DNA of 64,000 nucleotides from the human T2T-CHM13v2.0 reference genome, Homo sapiens (GCF_009914755.1 NC_060931.1); one strand, 5' to 3'. Shown: positions 43,209 through 60,564, counted from the first letter of the stretch. The notes: generated by a model from the letters alone, not told the origin. Numbers and translations: made by a program.

Positions 43209-45929
43209 TTACTTGGAAGCTCACCTAGATTATCACATTCTCAGTATGTCACACTACTGCAACACTCCATCTTGTCACTGGGTATTGGTGCACTTCAGAT
43301 ACAGCCATAGTAATGTTTCTTTGGTGCTTTATTGTAAGATCTTTTGATAAATACTGTGGTATCAAGATTGAAGTTCAATAAATGAACTTTGGCTTTTCTA
43401 CATGTCATATCTAACTGAATTACTCCACGGCCTTGGCGTTTATTAATTGGCATTCTCCTTTTTTGCTCAGCCAGAGAGAAATACTGGCACTTTCAATGAT
43501 TCATTTTCTTGTAGAAGATACATCTTAGAACTTTTGTTGTATGTTTTCTGAATCCTGAGAGCGGTATGCTGATCCAGATTGTTGTTGAGAGCTGAGGCTA
43601 TGGATAATGATGTGTTTGTATGGTGTTCACATTAAAGGGAATGTAGCTGAAAGAGGATGGTGGGAAGAAGTTATGAACACAACAGATAGGCTAGGCAGAA
43701 TGTTCTGGTGTCGAAACCATTGCTATATAATTTTATCATTCTTATCATCTGTCCTCCAAGATTATATGTAAAAGAACTAAAAGAATAACTTTCTCTGCAG
43801 ATGATTCTTGGTTGTAAATACCATTGTTTGATTCTCCCAGTTATGAGAGGGAATCCTTTTCCAGTACAGGAGGAAGTACTGTATCAAGCCACCCTGACAC
43901 CCTGAGTACTCTTGGGAGACTCTTCTTTGGAGAGAATGGACTCTAGGAGTCCCCTTCATGGATCTTAGAAAAAAAGATCACTCGATTATCTAACTCTAGT
44001 TCGGATCTTTAGTTCTGGGCTTGAAGCTGGTTGGAGGGCATCTTCACTGAATTCCTTCCTATCATATCAGCTGAACTCGTTACCTCCTCACCAAATCTGC
44101 TTTTCCTTCTCAGCTACCAGATTTCTGCTAGTAGTTCTATTAAGCTTCTAGTTCTTGAGACAGAAACAGCAGAACTTCTGCTTGGCTCATCCCTTCTATC
44201 CCTTTGGCCAGTATTCCATGTATTTTAAAATATTTTCCTTAACAATAATTTCCAGAAGAGGCATTTCATTTCCATTCTTGCAGCCATCCCTAGATCATCA
44301 TTTCCTCATGCTTGGGTTGCTCCAGGTGCCCCTTGGCATCCCTTCTGAATTCCATTTCTCCTATCCATTCCGTTACATGTGGGATTAGAATTTCTCTTTT
44401 TTACATCCAACTTTTGTTATTATTTCTACCCAACTTCAGTACATATAGTGGTTTATTACTGTACGTTGAGCCAAGTTCAAACACTGTCTTCTATCATCTA
44501 AGACCCTACCTCTGTGCCTCTATAGGTTCACTTAGGCTATACTTCTATGCAGATTTTAAAGACAACTGTCTACACTTATTCCAAACCTTTGAATTCTAAA
44601 ATCCTTTCCACTTTCTTGATGAAGTCTTTTATCCCCAATTCCAGAACGCAGAGTTGAAAGATCCCATTGATGGCAGGGAGCAGGAATATTTCATCAAATT
44701 CCAGATATCCAGCTTAGGAAAGAAATGATAGTTAATACTTTTAAATCCTTTGATTTTTCAGGGCTATAAAGCACTGTGTAAACATGGGAGGGCAGGTTAC
44801 GTGCTTAAAGATAAACCCGCATGCCCTAAGTAAATGTTGCAGAGTAATTAAGCTGAGAGAAATTCACAGTTGATTTCCAAGGATAACAATAACATAAGTG
44901 GTAATCTCAATAATTTGAGAGGTTACCATATTTCTTAAACAGAAGCTTTGTCATCTTTTACAGCGAACACACTTGGTAATTGTCTATGTATTACTCATTT
45001 ATTTGGCTTATGATATCCTTTTCCAAATTCCAGTTTATTATCAATATGTTGGGGATCATGTTTTATGATATAGCAGCAAGGGTATTGCATTTTGCCAAGA
45101 TCATTGTGAGTCTTCACCTTTAAATTACTCTGTGTTTACACAACATCAGTTAATAGCCATTATATGGTGCTAGGAAGAGCAGTGAGCCCAGATAAAAACT
45201 TAAAGTCTTAAAAGACTTAAGTTTATGTTTGGCACCTTGAAATGATAATGTAGCCATTGGTCAAGTGAAAGGATGTAAGGGGAGCCAGGTTATTGAGTTA
45301 CTCAGTCCTGGCTTTGCTTCTGGAAAGCTCTTTGACTTGATCAGTAAGTCACATTTTCTTATAAACTGTGAAATCCTTCTAAGTAAAATGAGACAGTATG
45401 TGTTCAGCTAAACATACTCATTAAACGTTCGATTAAATGACTATTGAACACTATACTAACCTCAAAATATTTTAGAATAGTGATCTCTAAGGTTCTGGCA
45501 AATGTTTCTCTGAATATTCACCACAGTCTGATTTGGGGGACTAGAAAGACTGGATTATGGGAATGGCAGAGGTGGCAACTTTGTTTTAAAAAGTCTTTGC
45601 TGTTAGACTTCACTTTGAGGTTAAATGAAGTGGCCAGCCTAACAAGCTAAATTTCAAAACCTGACTCAAGATGCACATATTATAAAATAGCCTACATTTA
45701 AGATATTTCACAGAGTCGAGACTAATTTTATTCATTCGTTAGTTCAAACTTGCTGCACATAAAAACAGCTAGAGAACATTTTGATGAATAGAGGGTGATT
45801 TGAAATTCCTTTATCATCAAGTGCTTTCAACTTCTAAAATTCCTGCTCTATTTGAAGATGGGATACTTTGTCTCATTCTACTCATTTTCTTCATGTGGAG
45901 ACTTTCTGGTTCCACCTTTTTTGTTCACA

Positions 45930-46254
45930 ACATCAGGTTCTTTTGTGCTGCTATAACATAATGCCCAAGACTGAGTAATTTATCAAACACAGAAATTTAC
46001 TTATCATAGTTATGGATGGAGACTAGAAAGAACAAGACCAAGGTGCTGGCATCTTGTGAGGACCTTCTTGCTGCATCCTCACATGGCAGCACGTAGACAG
46101 CAAGAGACAGCCCACTGTCTCCTTTATAAGGGCACCTAATTCCCTTTGTCTGGGAGGAGGCTTCATGGCCTAATCACCTCTTAAAGGCCCCACTGTTAAT
46201 ACTAACATACTGGCAACACGTGAATTTTGGAGGGGGCACATTCCAGCCAAAGCA
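45930..46254 (-). mobile_element. MaLR LTR (MST/MLT1A-like)
   Basis: GTGCTGCTATAACATAATGCCCAAGACTGAGTAATTTAT...GCCTAATCACCTCTTAAAGGCCCCAC. Confidence 0.75.
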
Positions 46255-49200
46255 CCAGTCTAACTGAAATTGCTCTAAGTCTTCTATTTTCTTAGACTTC
46301 TGTTTTCTTAGGGCAAGCTTCTCCATTTGTCTACTGAATTACAAACTATCCAAACTTAGTGGTTTGCAGCAACAATTGTTTTATTATATGTAGTGATTTT
46401 GTAAGTCAGAGATTCTGCCAGGGTTTGGCTGAATGGTTCTGTTCCACATAGCATTTACTGGGATTACATGATATGGTGGTATTTAGTTGGTGGCTGATCT
46501 TGTCTGGAGGTTTCAAGATGACTTTACTCACATACCTGGTACCTTGGTGAAAATGGTGGTAAGACTGACTGCACCCTCTTCCCCTCCATGTAGTCACGGA
46601 GTCTCTCTTGGTACTCTCTCCAGCAGGGTAGCTGAACTTCTTACATGGTGGCTCAGTGCTGCAAGAGACAGAGGCAAAAGCTTCCAGTTCTCTTAAATAC
46701 CACACCTAAACCAGCATAGTATCACTTTTGATGCATTTTGTTGATCAGATCAGTCTCAGGGCGGCCCAGCTTCAACAGGAACAGCGACAGACTCCACCTC
46801 TTGACACAAAGTGTGTTAAGAGAACTTGATGGCCATTTTAAACAACTGCAGAGGAATGCTTATTTTTTTTTTCAGAGTAGCATAAAGGCTGCTGTTAATG
46901 GTGAAGGCTGTGGTGACCTGGACAATACAGATCAGAGCAGGATGGGGTGGCACAGGTTAGAGGAGTCAGCACTGGGAATAGGGTGGGTGGCAGAGTTGAG
47001 TGACTGAGGTCTAATGCGAATTGTGAGGAGCTCCTCCTGTTCCCTCCAGTGGCAGGAAATGGTTGATGCCACTGACTCACTCAAGCTGACTCTGCCTCAG
47101 TCTGGGATCATGTCCTTTTAACCAGCTTGCATTTGTCCTTGCAACTTTGCCCTCTTTCTTTCCTGAATGCTGTAGTTGCTGAAGTTTTGATTTTCTTTTT
47201 TTTTAAATCTTAGATCTGCTGTTTCCTAATGCCCTAATGGTTTATGCATTTCAAGGCGCCTGTAATCTTATCAGTAAATTATTTTCACCCCATATTGTGG
47301 AAAGACATAGGGAATTACTTTCGAGAAAGTTTCTAGTTGATAATTGATTTCACCTTTAGAATAGGCTTTTGAGAATAGGGTGGCAATTTCTCTTTTTTAT
47401 ACAAAAATATGTGAGAAAGTATTTTTAAAACTAAAAGGCCCACATGCTTACTACAGAAAATGTGTTAGGAGAGAAAGTCTGTGACAGATTCCTTTAGGTT
47501 TTTTCTGGTTCTTCTCTCTACCCATTACACTGGTCAGCCCACAAGCACCTGGGGCTTCTCTGTTTTCCTGTAACAGTAGGAATCATGGATTATCATTTAG
47601 TGGTTTTCATTTTACTACTTTCTGTTTGCTTCTCTTTTTCTCTATTTCCTAGGCTCTGTCCCAGAAATTCTGATTTAATTCTTAAGGAGTGGATCCCAGG
47701 CCTGCTTATTTTTGTAATTTGCCAGGTGATCCAAATGTGCAGCTAAGATTAATAACCATTGGTCTAGAGCAGCAGTTTTCCAACATTGTTCTGTATTAGC
47801 ATCACGTAGAGAGCTAATAAAATCCTTAGCACTCCAGCTTCAGTGAAGGAGGATAAGGCCTGAGCTTTTATACTTTTCCTGAATTTTCCAGGTGATTCTG
47901 ACAGGGACCATAGTTTGAGAATATAGTAAAATGTGTTTGACACAATGTGCAAAGTTGTACATTTTTCAGCAGTTCTGTAGGTCGTTATGTTGGAAGGGAC
48001 TTTGGCAAAATATGGAATGTTTTCAGTCTCTGTTTTTATATTGTTAGGCATGATTATTATAGTCTTCTTGGTAATCCAGTATATGAAAGCTTGAAAAATA
48101 ATGACACGTTTGGGACTTGATAAAAGATAGGGAGTTGAGAAAATAGGCAGTTCTATATTATTTTCTATTATTTATTTTCACAATGGTTTTGATTTTTTCT
48201 ATATAGCGTTAACTTCTTTGAAATAATTATTCATAAATATTTAAGATATACAAAAATATATAACCATTATCCAGCTTAAGAAATAAAATATTATCAGCAG
48301 AGATGAAGTCCCCCACGCATATCCCTTCTGTATTATTACCTTTTCCTCCATCCTCTTTAGAAGTAACCACACTTTTGAAATTGATATTTACCATGCATTC
48401 CTTTCAACCTTTACTACCTCTATATATACTTGTAAATAATAGATATATACAGCCTATAAACAAAATGCATTTTTGTTTATGCGCTTAACATTGTGAGATT
48501 TAACTATGTTGATAGATATCTCTAGTTCATTTATTTTGCTATAAAACTGGTACACAATTGTATAAAATTATGTCAATTTTATGGCAAAAATAAATCAAAA
48601 TCATTCTACAGTAAAAAAAGTTTTTCTTCAATATATTGAAGTTACATCAGTCCCATTCTGAATATTTTTGTAAGTTTTTTTTTACTTGCATCTGTGTGAT
48701 TTTAGATATATATCTTAAGTTTACTAGACATTATCAAATTGATCTCCAAAGTGGCTGTGCCGATTTACCATCTCACTGTCATTTTCTGTATCTTCTTTGG
48801 AATTGACAGTCTTTTAAAGTTTTGCCATTTGAGGATTATAAAATAGTGTTCTGTTGTGGTTTCAGTGCTAATTTTTCTGAATACTAATATTGGTGAACAT
48901 CTCTCATTTAGTTCTTTTCTGTGAATTTTTCTGTCTTGCCCGATTTTATATTGAGATGTTTATCTTCTTGATGTGTACAGTCTTCCCGTTTGTTCATTCA
49001 TGTGATTCTGGATTCTTATTCTTATCATATATGTTGCAAATATTTACTGTTAAGAGGCTTTGCTCATCTATTTTATACTGTCTTGATGAACAAAAGTTTT
49101 ACATTTTAATAGAGTCAAGCCTATCAACAATTGTGACTTATGTTTTGATAACTATGTATTCCCATATTACATTGTATCTCAAAAACAATTCCAGGAAGAC

Positions 49201-50326
49201 TAAAAGCCTAAAGGCAAAAAACAAAAAGTTATAGATTTAAGAAGAGAAAAAAAGAATCTAATATAATAATAATTGAGTTATTCATTCTATTTTTTCTATA
49301 AATTTTCTTGAATTTCTACCGAGACAATATTTTGTCTGGAAGTAATGGATGATTTGGCTTCATTGTTTTCAGTCTTGTACATTTTTCTTTCTTGTCCTCT
49401 TGAATTGTTAGAACCTCCAATATATTTTTAAATTATAAGCAATCATAGTGATGGATCACTTAGGTTTTTTTTTCTGATTTTAAAAGGAATCCTTTTAATA
49501 TGTTACCATTTAGTAAGATACTTGTTGTACAGTTTTGGTGGATATCCATGATCAAACTAAGGAAGTTGCTTTTCATTCCAAGTTTGCTAAAAATTTTATT
49601 ATGATAGCTGATGAATTCAAATGATTATATGGTATACTTTTTAAAATGAGTTTTTTTTAATGAATCACACAAGTAGATTTTCTATTATTAAAGGATCTCC
49701 TTATTTCTGGAGGAAACACCACTTGGTTATTATTCGTTTAATATGTACTGATTTCTGTTATTAATCCTTTGTGTGCTTTTTCTTTTAGGCTTTTGCATTT
49801 ATGTTCATGGATAAGACTCGGCTGTAGTTATCCTTTATGTTTCATGTTTGCTTTTGACATAAAGTACTTTCTTTGTTTCTTCCCTTCTCTCTCTTTTAAG
49901 TGTTAAGAAGCATTGGGAATTGGAGGAGGAGAGGATTGGGGTAGAGCAGAGCTTGATTGACTCTTAAGCAGTGTCTTCAGTATCTGGCTTGTCTCTATCT
50001 CTGAATTCTATTCACTACTCCTCTTCGTGTTGGCGAAAGAGCCTGTATAGCTATTATATAAAAAGTAACATATCTTTCCATCCTTTATGTACATTATCCA
50101 TCAATTACTCTGGGTGTTCTTAAAATATTCTGTTATGTACTATCTCCCTTAATTTTACCTTGTGATTCTTTAAACTTTTCTTGTATATATTTTGAGTCTT
50201 TATTATTAGGTATATATCCAGTTTTAGCTGTAATATCTTGAAACTTTAATCATCATGTACTGACTCTATGTCTCTCTAATAATGAATTTTTACTTAAAGT
50301 CTATTTGCCTGATATTAGTATGGCTT

Positions 50327-50625
50327 TTATTTTATTTTATTGTTTTGAGATGGAGTGCCACTCTGTCACCCAGGCTGGAGTGCAGTGGCACAATCTCGGC
50401 TCGCTGCAACCTCTGCCTCCTGGGTTCAAGTGAGTCTCCTGCTTCAGCCTCCTGAGTAGCTGGGACTACAGCCATGAACCACCACAGCCAGCTAATTTTT
50501 GTATTTTTAGTAGAGACGGGGTTTCACCATGTTGGCCAGGCTGGTCTCAAACTCCTGACCTCGAGTGATCTGCCTGCCTCCCAAAGTGCTGGGATTACAG
50601 GCGAGAGCCACTGCACCCAGCTGGC
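50327..50625 (-). mobile_element. AluS in MGAM intron 3
   Basis: Reverse Alu dimer. Confidence 0.9.
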
Positions 50626-51767
50626 ATTCTTTTTACATATTTGTTTTCCCCTTTACTTTCAGGGCTTTTGTGAGCTTTAGTTTAGGATGTGTAAACTATA
50701 AGAAACATTTAGTTGGACTTACTTCTTTAAATGTAATCTGACTATCTTTGTCTTTTAAATATTTAAACCATGTGATAGTTGACATGACACATTCTTTCTA
50801 AGGTCTCATTTTGTGCCTTCTCTTCATCCTGTTTATGTGCTAGTCCCCACCCCTACTCCTTCATAAACATGTCTTTTTTCTTAATTTTTTGGATCGAGGA
50901 TTTCCACACTCCCCACAACTCTAACAATTTTCCTTCAGTACTGTTTTGGTAGTTACACATTCTATATTATTTTGGCAGTTTCTCTTAAATTTTTAATTCT
51001 CATATCCAACTTAAAGGGGCATTTTGTGTCCTGGGCCTAATTCTTTTTGTGTGCCCTAATTCTATTCATGCCATCATTTTCTGTAGTTTCTTTCTAAATC
51101 TATTTTCCTAGGTTTTACATAGTTTGCTTTGTCTTATTATGTGGGTCTTGCACCATGTCTCTTCCCACTTCTTGCAATGGCTCAGCTCTACTGTAGAAGC
51201 TGGCATTTTTGAGTTGGCCAACAAAGACTGTTTGCATTCCTTGCTCTTTTGGCCACTCTGATCTTTGTCCTTTCCAGTTTAATGGAAAAATTATTAAACT
51301 CTGGGCTGTATACAAAAACCATCATGCTTAACACCCTTTTCAACACTTTTTTTTCTTTTTATGCTGAGGTTTCCTCTGAGTGGGTTTTACAAGAACAAAG
51401 ACAAAACCGTGGATTGAGGTTGAGTTCACAGTGACACCTGATCTTACGGCAGTATAAACCACATATGGACATCGTTGTTTATCCCTCATATTGGCTATTA
51501 GTGTAAAAAATAGCATTTAATTAAATTTCATTATTTGTATAACTAAGCAAAACATTTTTCTGACCATTTGCAAGGCTGTATTCTCCTGAAAATGTGCTTA
51601 GAGATACTCAACCCAGAGTATAGAAAAAAAAGAAATGGATAGTAAGAGAACCAAGTTTTGTTCTTGCCTTCTCAATAGCTGAGTAACCTTTGGCAGGTCA
51701 CTTTACCTCGGAGAAGCTTTACCACCATGGGCCAAAGGTAATTCATCTGTAAAATGATCTGGTAGGA

Positions 51768-52250
51768 TGTATTAGTTATCTATTGCTGTGTAATAAATTA
51801 TTCCAAAATTTAATGGCCTAATATGACAAATATTTTCTCACAGCTTCTGTAGTCAGACATCTGACCTTGGCTTAGCTAGGTGCCTCTGGCTCAGTGTCTC
51901 TTGGAAGGCTGCAGTCAAAGTGTCTTCCAGGACTATGGGATGATCGTTTTCAAGCTCACTCATGCAATTGTTGGTAGGATTCAGCTCTTCAGGTGTTGTT
52001 GGATTGAGAGCCTCAGTTCATTGCTGGCTGCTAGCTGGAGACCTCCCTCAGTTCCTTACCATGTGAGCCCCTCCACAGTGTGACAACTTGCCTCTCCCAG
52101 AATGAGGACTCCAACAGAGAAGGTGAAAGAGAGCAAGCAAGACAGAAACTTCAATCTTTCTGTGATCTAATCTTGAAAGCAGCGTCTCATTGTTTTCTCT
52201 TGTTTCTATTACTTGCAAATCACTTGATTCAGCATGCACTCAAGAGGAGA
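51768..52250 (-). mobile_element. MLT1-type MaLR LTR remnant
   Basis: TGTATTAGTTATCTATTGCTGTGTAATAAATTATTCCAAAATTTAATGGC start. Confidence 0.7.
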
Positions 52251-52835
52251 GAGTTCTTTGTCCTTTTTTGTATTTAACTTGGTTGCTTCTCCCAAATTAG
52301 TTGGTGTGAGAAAGAAACTATCTTCATTTTGGCTTCTACTTGATTCAGTCATTAATTATGTTAGAAGGCACACACCTTTCTTAAGTAAGAATCTATTTGG
52401 GTGTCAAGAAAGACTACTTTCTGCCTCTGGAGGAGTTGAGAGACTGTAAACATGTCATATATCTCACATATGTATAATCCATATAAATGTAAGGCATATA
52501 TTTAAAAGTCAAAACAACATTAGTTTGATTTGAAAGCTTCAGAATACAGATGATTGCAAAGTCTTATTTTCATTTTTAAAAGTCAAAGCCGATATAAATG
52601 AAGCTCCATTTGTAATTTTGGATTACTGGTGATATAGCTATATTATTGTTTAGACTATTTAAATATATTTATGAGTTTTTTTTTTTGTGATAAAAGTTAT
52701 AGAATGCATTTTGCTTCCCATACTGTTACATAAGAAGGACACTGGTCAGAAAAATTGGTTGTGGGTAGAAACTCTGCCATTGCTTGGTATATGGCACAAT
52801 TTATCTAAATGTCAGTTTCCTTATTTGTAAAATGA

Positions 52836-53156
<321 letters not shown>

Positions 53157-53522
53157 TAACCACATGTGACAGAAGGTGGGCATTGCTCTTAATCGAGGAC
53201 TAGAATCTATGTGGGCACCAAGGAAAAATTATTCTCTGCCTTGGGAGTTGAGAGACCATGTCCTCTTTCCAACTTCCCCATTTATGGACCTTCATGACTG
53301 CAATAATCATTGATCATTTTTGTTTTCAAGTTTATCCCTTTTAAAGTGGGGGATTTGAAATTGGTAACCTCTCAGACTACTTCCAACTGTAATTTTATGT
53401 TATTTTTATGAAATGGAAGTAATTCCAATTTTATAAACATGTTATGAAAGTTACTAGTCAATATAAGTGTTCATGGAGTGAATAGCCCCTCTTCTTCCTC
53501 CTACTCTAAAATGCAAAGCATA

Positions 53523-53852
<330 letters not shown>

Positions 53853-54322
53853 CTAGGGGATAGCAGAAGGTGACACTTTAGGGAGGCTCTCGGTATAAAG
53901 GAGGAGGCATGTTCCCCTTTCAGATGCTCTTGGCCTGATGGACTGTTGCAATGAGGTCTCAACTCTCACCTGGTTTACCATTTAATTAGGGAGATGGCAT
54001 CAATGGATATAATCACCTGTAATGCAATATGAAAATAACTGAGAAGGAATTATGTATATGTATGTCAGGTCTGAGAATGTAAAGGGTATCTAATTAATAC
54101 CGAATGACTGATGGGCCTGTGGAATGAGTGTTAGGCTTATTGGGGGAGGTTTTCAATCAGATTTTGTAGAAGAGAGACATAGATTTTTATAAAATGTAAT
54201 GATGATATCTAGCTCCAGAATCTGCCATAGATAGTATGTGCGTATGATGGGGTATATATCTGTCTTTTCCCTTCTTTTGAGAAATAAAGATTTTTCATCA
54301 ATCCCTTTGACATGTATCCTAA

Positions 54323-54337
<15 letters not shown>

Positions 54338-54353
<16 letters not shown>

Positions 54354-54626
54354 GAGAAGGAGCCTCACTCTGTCATGCAGGCTGGAGCTGTGGTGCGATC
54401 TCAGCTCACTGCAACCTCCACCTCTGGGGTTGAAGCAATTCTCCTGCCTACAAAGTAGCTGGGATTACAGGCATGCACCACCATACCCGGCTAATTTTTG
54501 TATTTTTAGTAGAGATGGGGTTTCACCACGTTGGTCAGGCTGGTCTCGAATTCCTGACCTTGTGATCCACCTGCCTTGGCCTCCCAAAGTGCTGGGATTA
54601 CAGGTGTGAACCACTGCACCCAGCCC
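54338..54626 (-). mobile_element. AluS in MGAM intron 4
   Basis: Reverse dimer after a (TA)n/T tail. Confidence 0.9.
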
Positions 54627-54682
54627 CGTGTATCATAATTTTTATGTAGCTATTATTTGAGAATTTGCAGAGTCAACTATGA

Positions 54683-54850
<168 letters not shown>

Positions 54851-55256
54851 TGAGAGACTTTTATTCCCTATCGGATGAGTGCAGTTACTACAAAATAGAA
54901 AATTTTGCTACTGGATGTATTTTTCTATATTGCTATTATTAATTAGCACCTGTATGTTAAAGACATATACAGAATAGCTTCCTTTACTGTAATAACTTCC
55001 TGAATATGTATTACAGTTTACTAGTGAGTTTGGCTTTCATTCATTTACTCTAGATAACATGTGGAATATGGTAGGAAGATAAAATAAGGAAGTATCACAG
55101 CTTTCAATCCATCTCTGCAGATGTGCTCTGTATGTCTCTACCTAAAGACTAACTTATGCCCAAAGGTGAACCATTTGAGTTTGGTAACATAATGAGTACA
55201 TCTACCTAAGATATGAGGTCAGTTTGATCAGTGCCTGATTCCAGTATCCTAAGTAG

Positions 55257-55472
<216 letters not shown>

Positions 55473-55918
55473 TAAGTTTTGGAAACCTATCTAAGGATCA
55501 GAGTAGGAAGGTTACAGGGAGGTCTGTAAGCATGAAGAAGGGGGTGTTTCAACAATATTCCTGAAGGTTGTGGGCCCATTATTGGTGACCAGAACCTTTA
55601 CCTTCTAAAGTATACATTTTTTTCTGGCTTTCTTTCTCTTTCCTCTGTTTGCACAATCATTTTTTTCTCTTTATTTTTCCCTTTATTTCCCTCCGTCTAT
55701 AATATATAACCAGCTGTCCACCAGTAAATATTTACTGAACATCTCCTATCGTAAGTATAGTGTTCTGGTCATGTAGTAGGCTGTCTGGTCTGGGAGACTA
55801 ATGCAAGAAATTTGCACATGGTCCCTTTCTTCAAGGAGTCCTTATCTCTTGTTTTCCATAGAAAAATGTCACAGGAGGGCAAATGGGACTGAATGAATGG
55901 GGGCTATTGAGTCACTGA

Positions 55919-56248
<330 letters not shown>

Positions 56249-56781
56249 TAGTGTTTAAGAGTTAGAGTCTAGAGTGAGACTACCTGGCTTTGAATTCTAG
56301 TCTTGCTATTCACCAGTTACGTGGTTCTGGGTGTTACCTACCTCTCTGTCTTCAGTTTCTTATCTATAAAATGGAAGTAATATCTCAATAGGGTTGTGGT
56401 GAGGATGAAATGAACAGATACATGTAATGTATCTAGAAGAATGGCTGCCAGAAAGAAGGTACTCAATAAATGCCAACTCCTTCATATTTTCCTAACCAGA
56501 TATGGAGAAGATATTATTAATATCTGTACTCTCAACAACAGTTGATTGTGATCTCCATATTTTTAGGTTCACCTTTAATCACTGACTCACCAGGTTTATC
56601 ATCACAATAGGATAAAGTCTCAGCTAAAACAATCATTTTTTGTATAAAGAATGATTGTGGTAGTGAAAGAATAGACAGAGTTTTGTTGTTATTGTTTTAT
56701 TTTATTTCCACTTTGTTTTGACTGCTAAAATTTGAAGTAACATTGTTTTCTGGATTTGGCAATACTCTGTTGTTCAGGGCC

Positions 56782-57100
56782 TTTCTTTTTCTTTTCTTCT
56801 TCTCTCTTTGTTTGAGATGGGGTCTCACTGTCACCCAGGCTGAAGTACAGTGGCACAACCATGACTCACTTTAGCCTCAACCTCTCTGGGCTCAGGTAAC
56901 CCTCGTACCTCAGTGTCTGGAGTAGCTGAGACTAAAGGTGCGTGTCACCATGCCTGGCCAAATTTTTGTATTTTTTTTGTAGAGACTGTGTTTCGCCATG
57001 TTGTTCAGGCTGATCTCAAACTCCTGGACTCAAGCAATCCTCTGGCCTTGGTCTCCCGTAAGTGCTGGGATTACAAATGTGAGCCACTGTGCCCAGCTGG
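56782..57100 (-). mobile_element. AluJ-type in MGAM intron 7
   Basis: Diverged reverse dimer. Confidence 0.85.
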
Positions 57101-57164
57101 GCTTTCTTGACTAAGCAGAATTAATGGATGGAAGAAAGGAGATTACAGCAATAATTTATTAGTC

Positions 57165-57195
<31 letters not shown>

Positions 57196-57321
57196 TACAT
57201 GTTTGTGTATATATATCTATTTAGCCATAGAGTCTAGAAAATATAATAATTTCTTGTTAGAAAAAACCAAGGCCCAGCGAAGCCAAATTAATAGCTCAAG
57301 GCAAAAGGGTTTGTAAGAACA

Positions 57322-57422
57322 AGAATGGCCTGAACCCGGGAGGTGGACCTTGCAATGAGCCGAGATCGCGCCACTGCACTCCAGCCTGGGTGACAGAGCG
57401 AGACTCTGTCTCAAAAAAAAAG
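57322..57422 (+). mobile_element. 5'-truncated AluY-type fragment
   Basis: 3' end of a right arm plus A tail; TTGTAAGAACA on both flanks. Confidence 0.85.
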
Positions 57423-57685
57423 AGGTTGTAAGAACAGAGGAAGAATCTAATCCCTACTCTGTGTAATTTTTAAGCCCAGGCTCTGTACTGTACATATGCC
57501 TATCAGAAAAGCAGAAAAGCTGTTAAGTCAGAGCAGCTTACCTAGGAATAGTTGGTGACAGTTGTTTCATTAAGGAGCCTCAGATCCTTGCTTCTCAAAG
57601 TGTGTATGTGGCAGGGGAACCACCCTCTGAGAGAGGTGGGCTTTCAGTCCCTTCTTCCATCTATTGAATTAAAATCTGCATTTAG

Positions 57686-58161
<476 letters not shown>

Positions 58162-58651
58162 AAAATCTGCATTTAACTAAAATGCCCATGTAGTTTGCAG
58201 ATACACCAAATTTTGAGAAACACTTTTCCAGAGCAATAGTTATCAAATGTGACTACATGTTGAAGTTACCTGGGGAAGTTAAAAAATAACAGCCATGTCT
58301 GCTTCTACCTCTAGGGATTCTGTTTTAATTGGTCTGGGGTGCAGTCTAGGTTGAGAACTCCTGTTCTGGAGTCTCAAAGACAAGCCTAGACTAGAGCTCC
58401 ATCTAGTTACCTGATTCATATTAAAGCATATTGATGGAGCTTTTGCTGATGAGGTTAAGTCAGGTTAAGACAGGCCTCTTTGAGAGGGCAGTTTTTCTGA
58501 ATTACATTTTAAAAATTCCTATCCTCTTACCTTCTAAAAAATATCACAGCCTTCACATTCCTTCTAGATGAATGATAATAGCTGGCTCATTCTGTAAGAA
58601 AACATGAGTTCACTTGGTTAACATCAACTAGATATAGACCCCATCTTTTAA

Positions 58652-58948
<297 letters not shown>

Positions 58949-60057
58949 TGATAAAAGGAATGGATCCCTTTAAGAGTGACTGAGCCATAGTGTAGGGAGG
59001 GCCTTATAGATTCTCTAATTGTGCTATCCCTACTTCATTACCTATTGATCCATGGTAGCCATGAGTAGGGGATTTTCTCCAACTTATGATTTTCCTGAAT
59101 CTGGTGGCCTCTGTTGGAATATTTTCTATTATCAAGTTAAGGAGCTCACCCTTCCCTATAATTTACTCTGAGATAGTTTCCACCAATGTGTTCTTCTCCG
59201 TCTTCAGCCCTGTAGTCAGTAGATCCCAGTGGCAATGAATTGCCATAGGGGAAGAGAAGATGTATCAGAATCTCCCAGGATTGATGGTGGGCATAGGGTA
59301 TTGATCCATACCTTTTCTTAATTGAGAGTCATCGATTCAATCAGTGCTCCTCAAAGTGTGGTCCCTGAATGGGTCACAGACTGTTTCAGGTCTATAGTAA
59401 GATGAGTATAGAAATGGCGAGTAAGCAATGCTGTAGCCTCCACACGCACACATGAACCTTTTTCTAGTAATTAATTTTCATATTATTTTATGAAAATATC
59501 AGCTTGCAGTGAAATGGAAATTAAACAAAATAAAGATCTGATTCTCCACCACAGATATCCGAGAAGCACTCTAAATGATCTAACATGATTCTAGGACATC
59601 TAAGAGATGAATCTAAGACGATTCTAATAGAATCTTAGATGGTCCTAAGGTACTTAAAATACCAAATAACCTAAGAATAGACTGAGATAATATAATAGAA
59701 AGACTGTACAGTTTTAGATAGGTGAAAGGAACCAGAAAATAAGATGAGTCAGACTTAGTGGGAAAGGCCACAAGATCCTAGATACTCTGTATGAGTTGTT
59801 CCTATGACCAAAGAGTACATTGCAATATTTCTTGAGGCATTTTATTCCTAGATACGAATCAAGGTAATGACACAACTTTTAAGAATGGTGATTGGCACAT
59901 AGAAGGGTTTTGAATTTATGATACAATTTCTGACTTTTTTTTTTTAGTTTGGCTTTTGTTTGAGGTGAGATTCACTGAGGTTAGTTACCTCCATGTCTAG
60001 TTGAATTATATTCTCACAATAATGACGGGGTATGTGGTGGGACATGTTCTGTGGTTA

Positions 60058-60564
60058 TGAAAGTCAGAGAGGAGAAACTTTTCCTCTAACCTCTTAGGGT
60101 TAATTCTTGGGAGGCTGCAAATTAAACTGGCAAAAAGGTAGATTAGCAATAGAAAAGACAGAATTTATTTACACATACAATGCACATACACACAGCAATT
60201 CTCAGTGATGAGTAACTCAAAGCAGAGATTAGAACTTGGGGCTTCTATACCATCTTAATTAATAGGTGAAAGGGAATGGGGAAAGACACTTAGGAGAGAA
60301 CAAATGACATTTTGGAAAGATAAATGGGCCCTTAGGAGAGTAGGTGGGAGGATGTGATAGTCTTGTAACACTGTTTATCTGGGAATGGTGCCTGTTGTCT
60401 CAGAGAAGACTAGAGGTACTCCTTGGAGCAGATTTATGACAATTGCTTTTTATTGAGTTCTTTTGGGAGGCTCTGATTTTAGCACATCAGGGATTTCAGT
60501 AACTTAAATGCCTTTGGTCCAAAATAATTTTTTTATGTCACAGTGGCTTATTCTGGACCCCTTC
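60058..60564 (-). mobile_element. ERV1 solo LTR (MER34/MER39-like)
   Basis: The minus strand begins TGAAGGGGTCCAGAATAAGCCAC; about 500 bp long, ending CA. Confidence 0.6.

Noticed and set aside
56628-56658. AT-rich inverted repeat (ACAATCATT...AATGATTGT), and a similar one near 45195-45224
   Set aside because: Short, low-complexity arms expected by chance; too small for a pre-miRNA.
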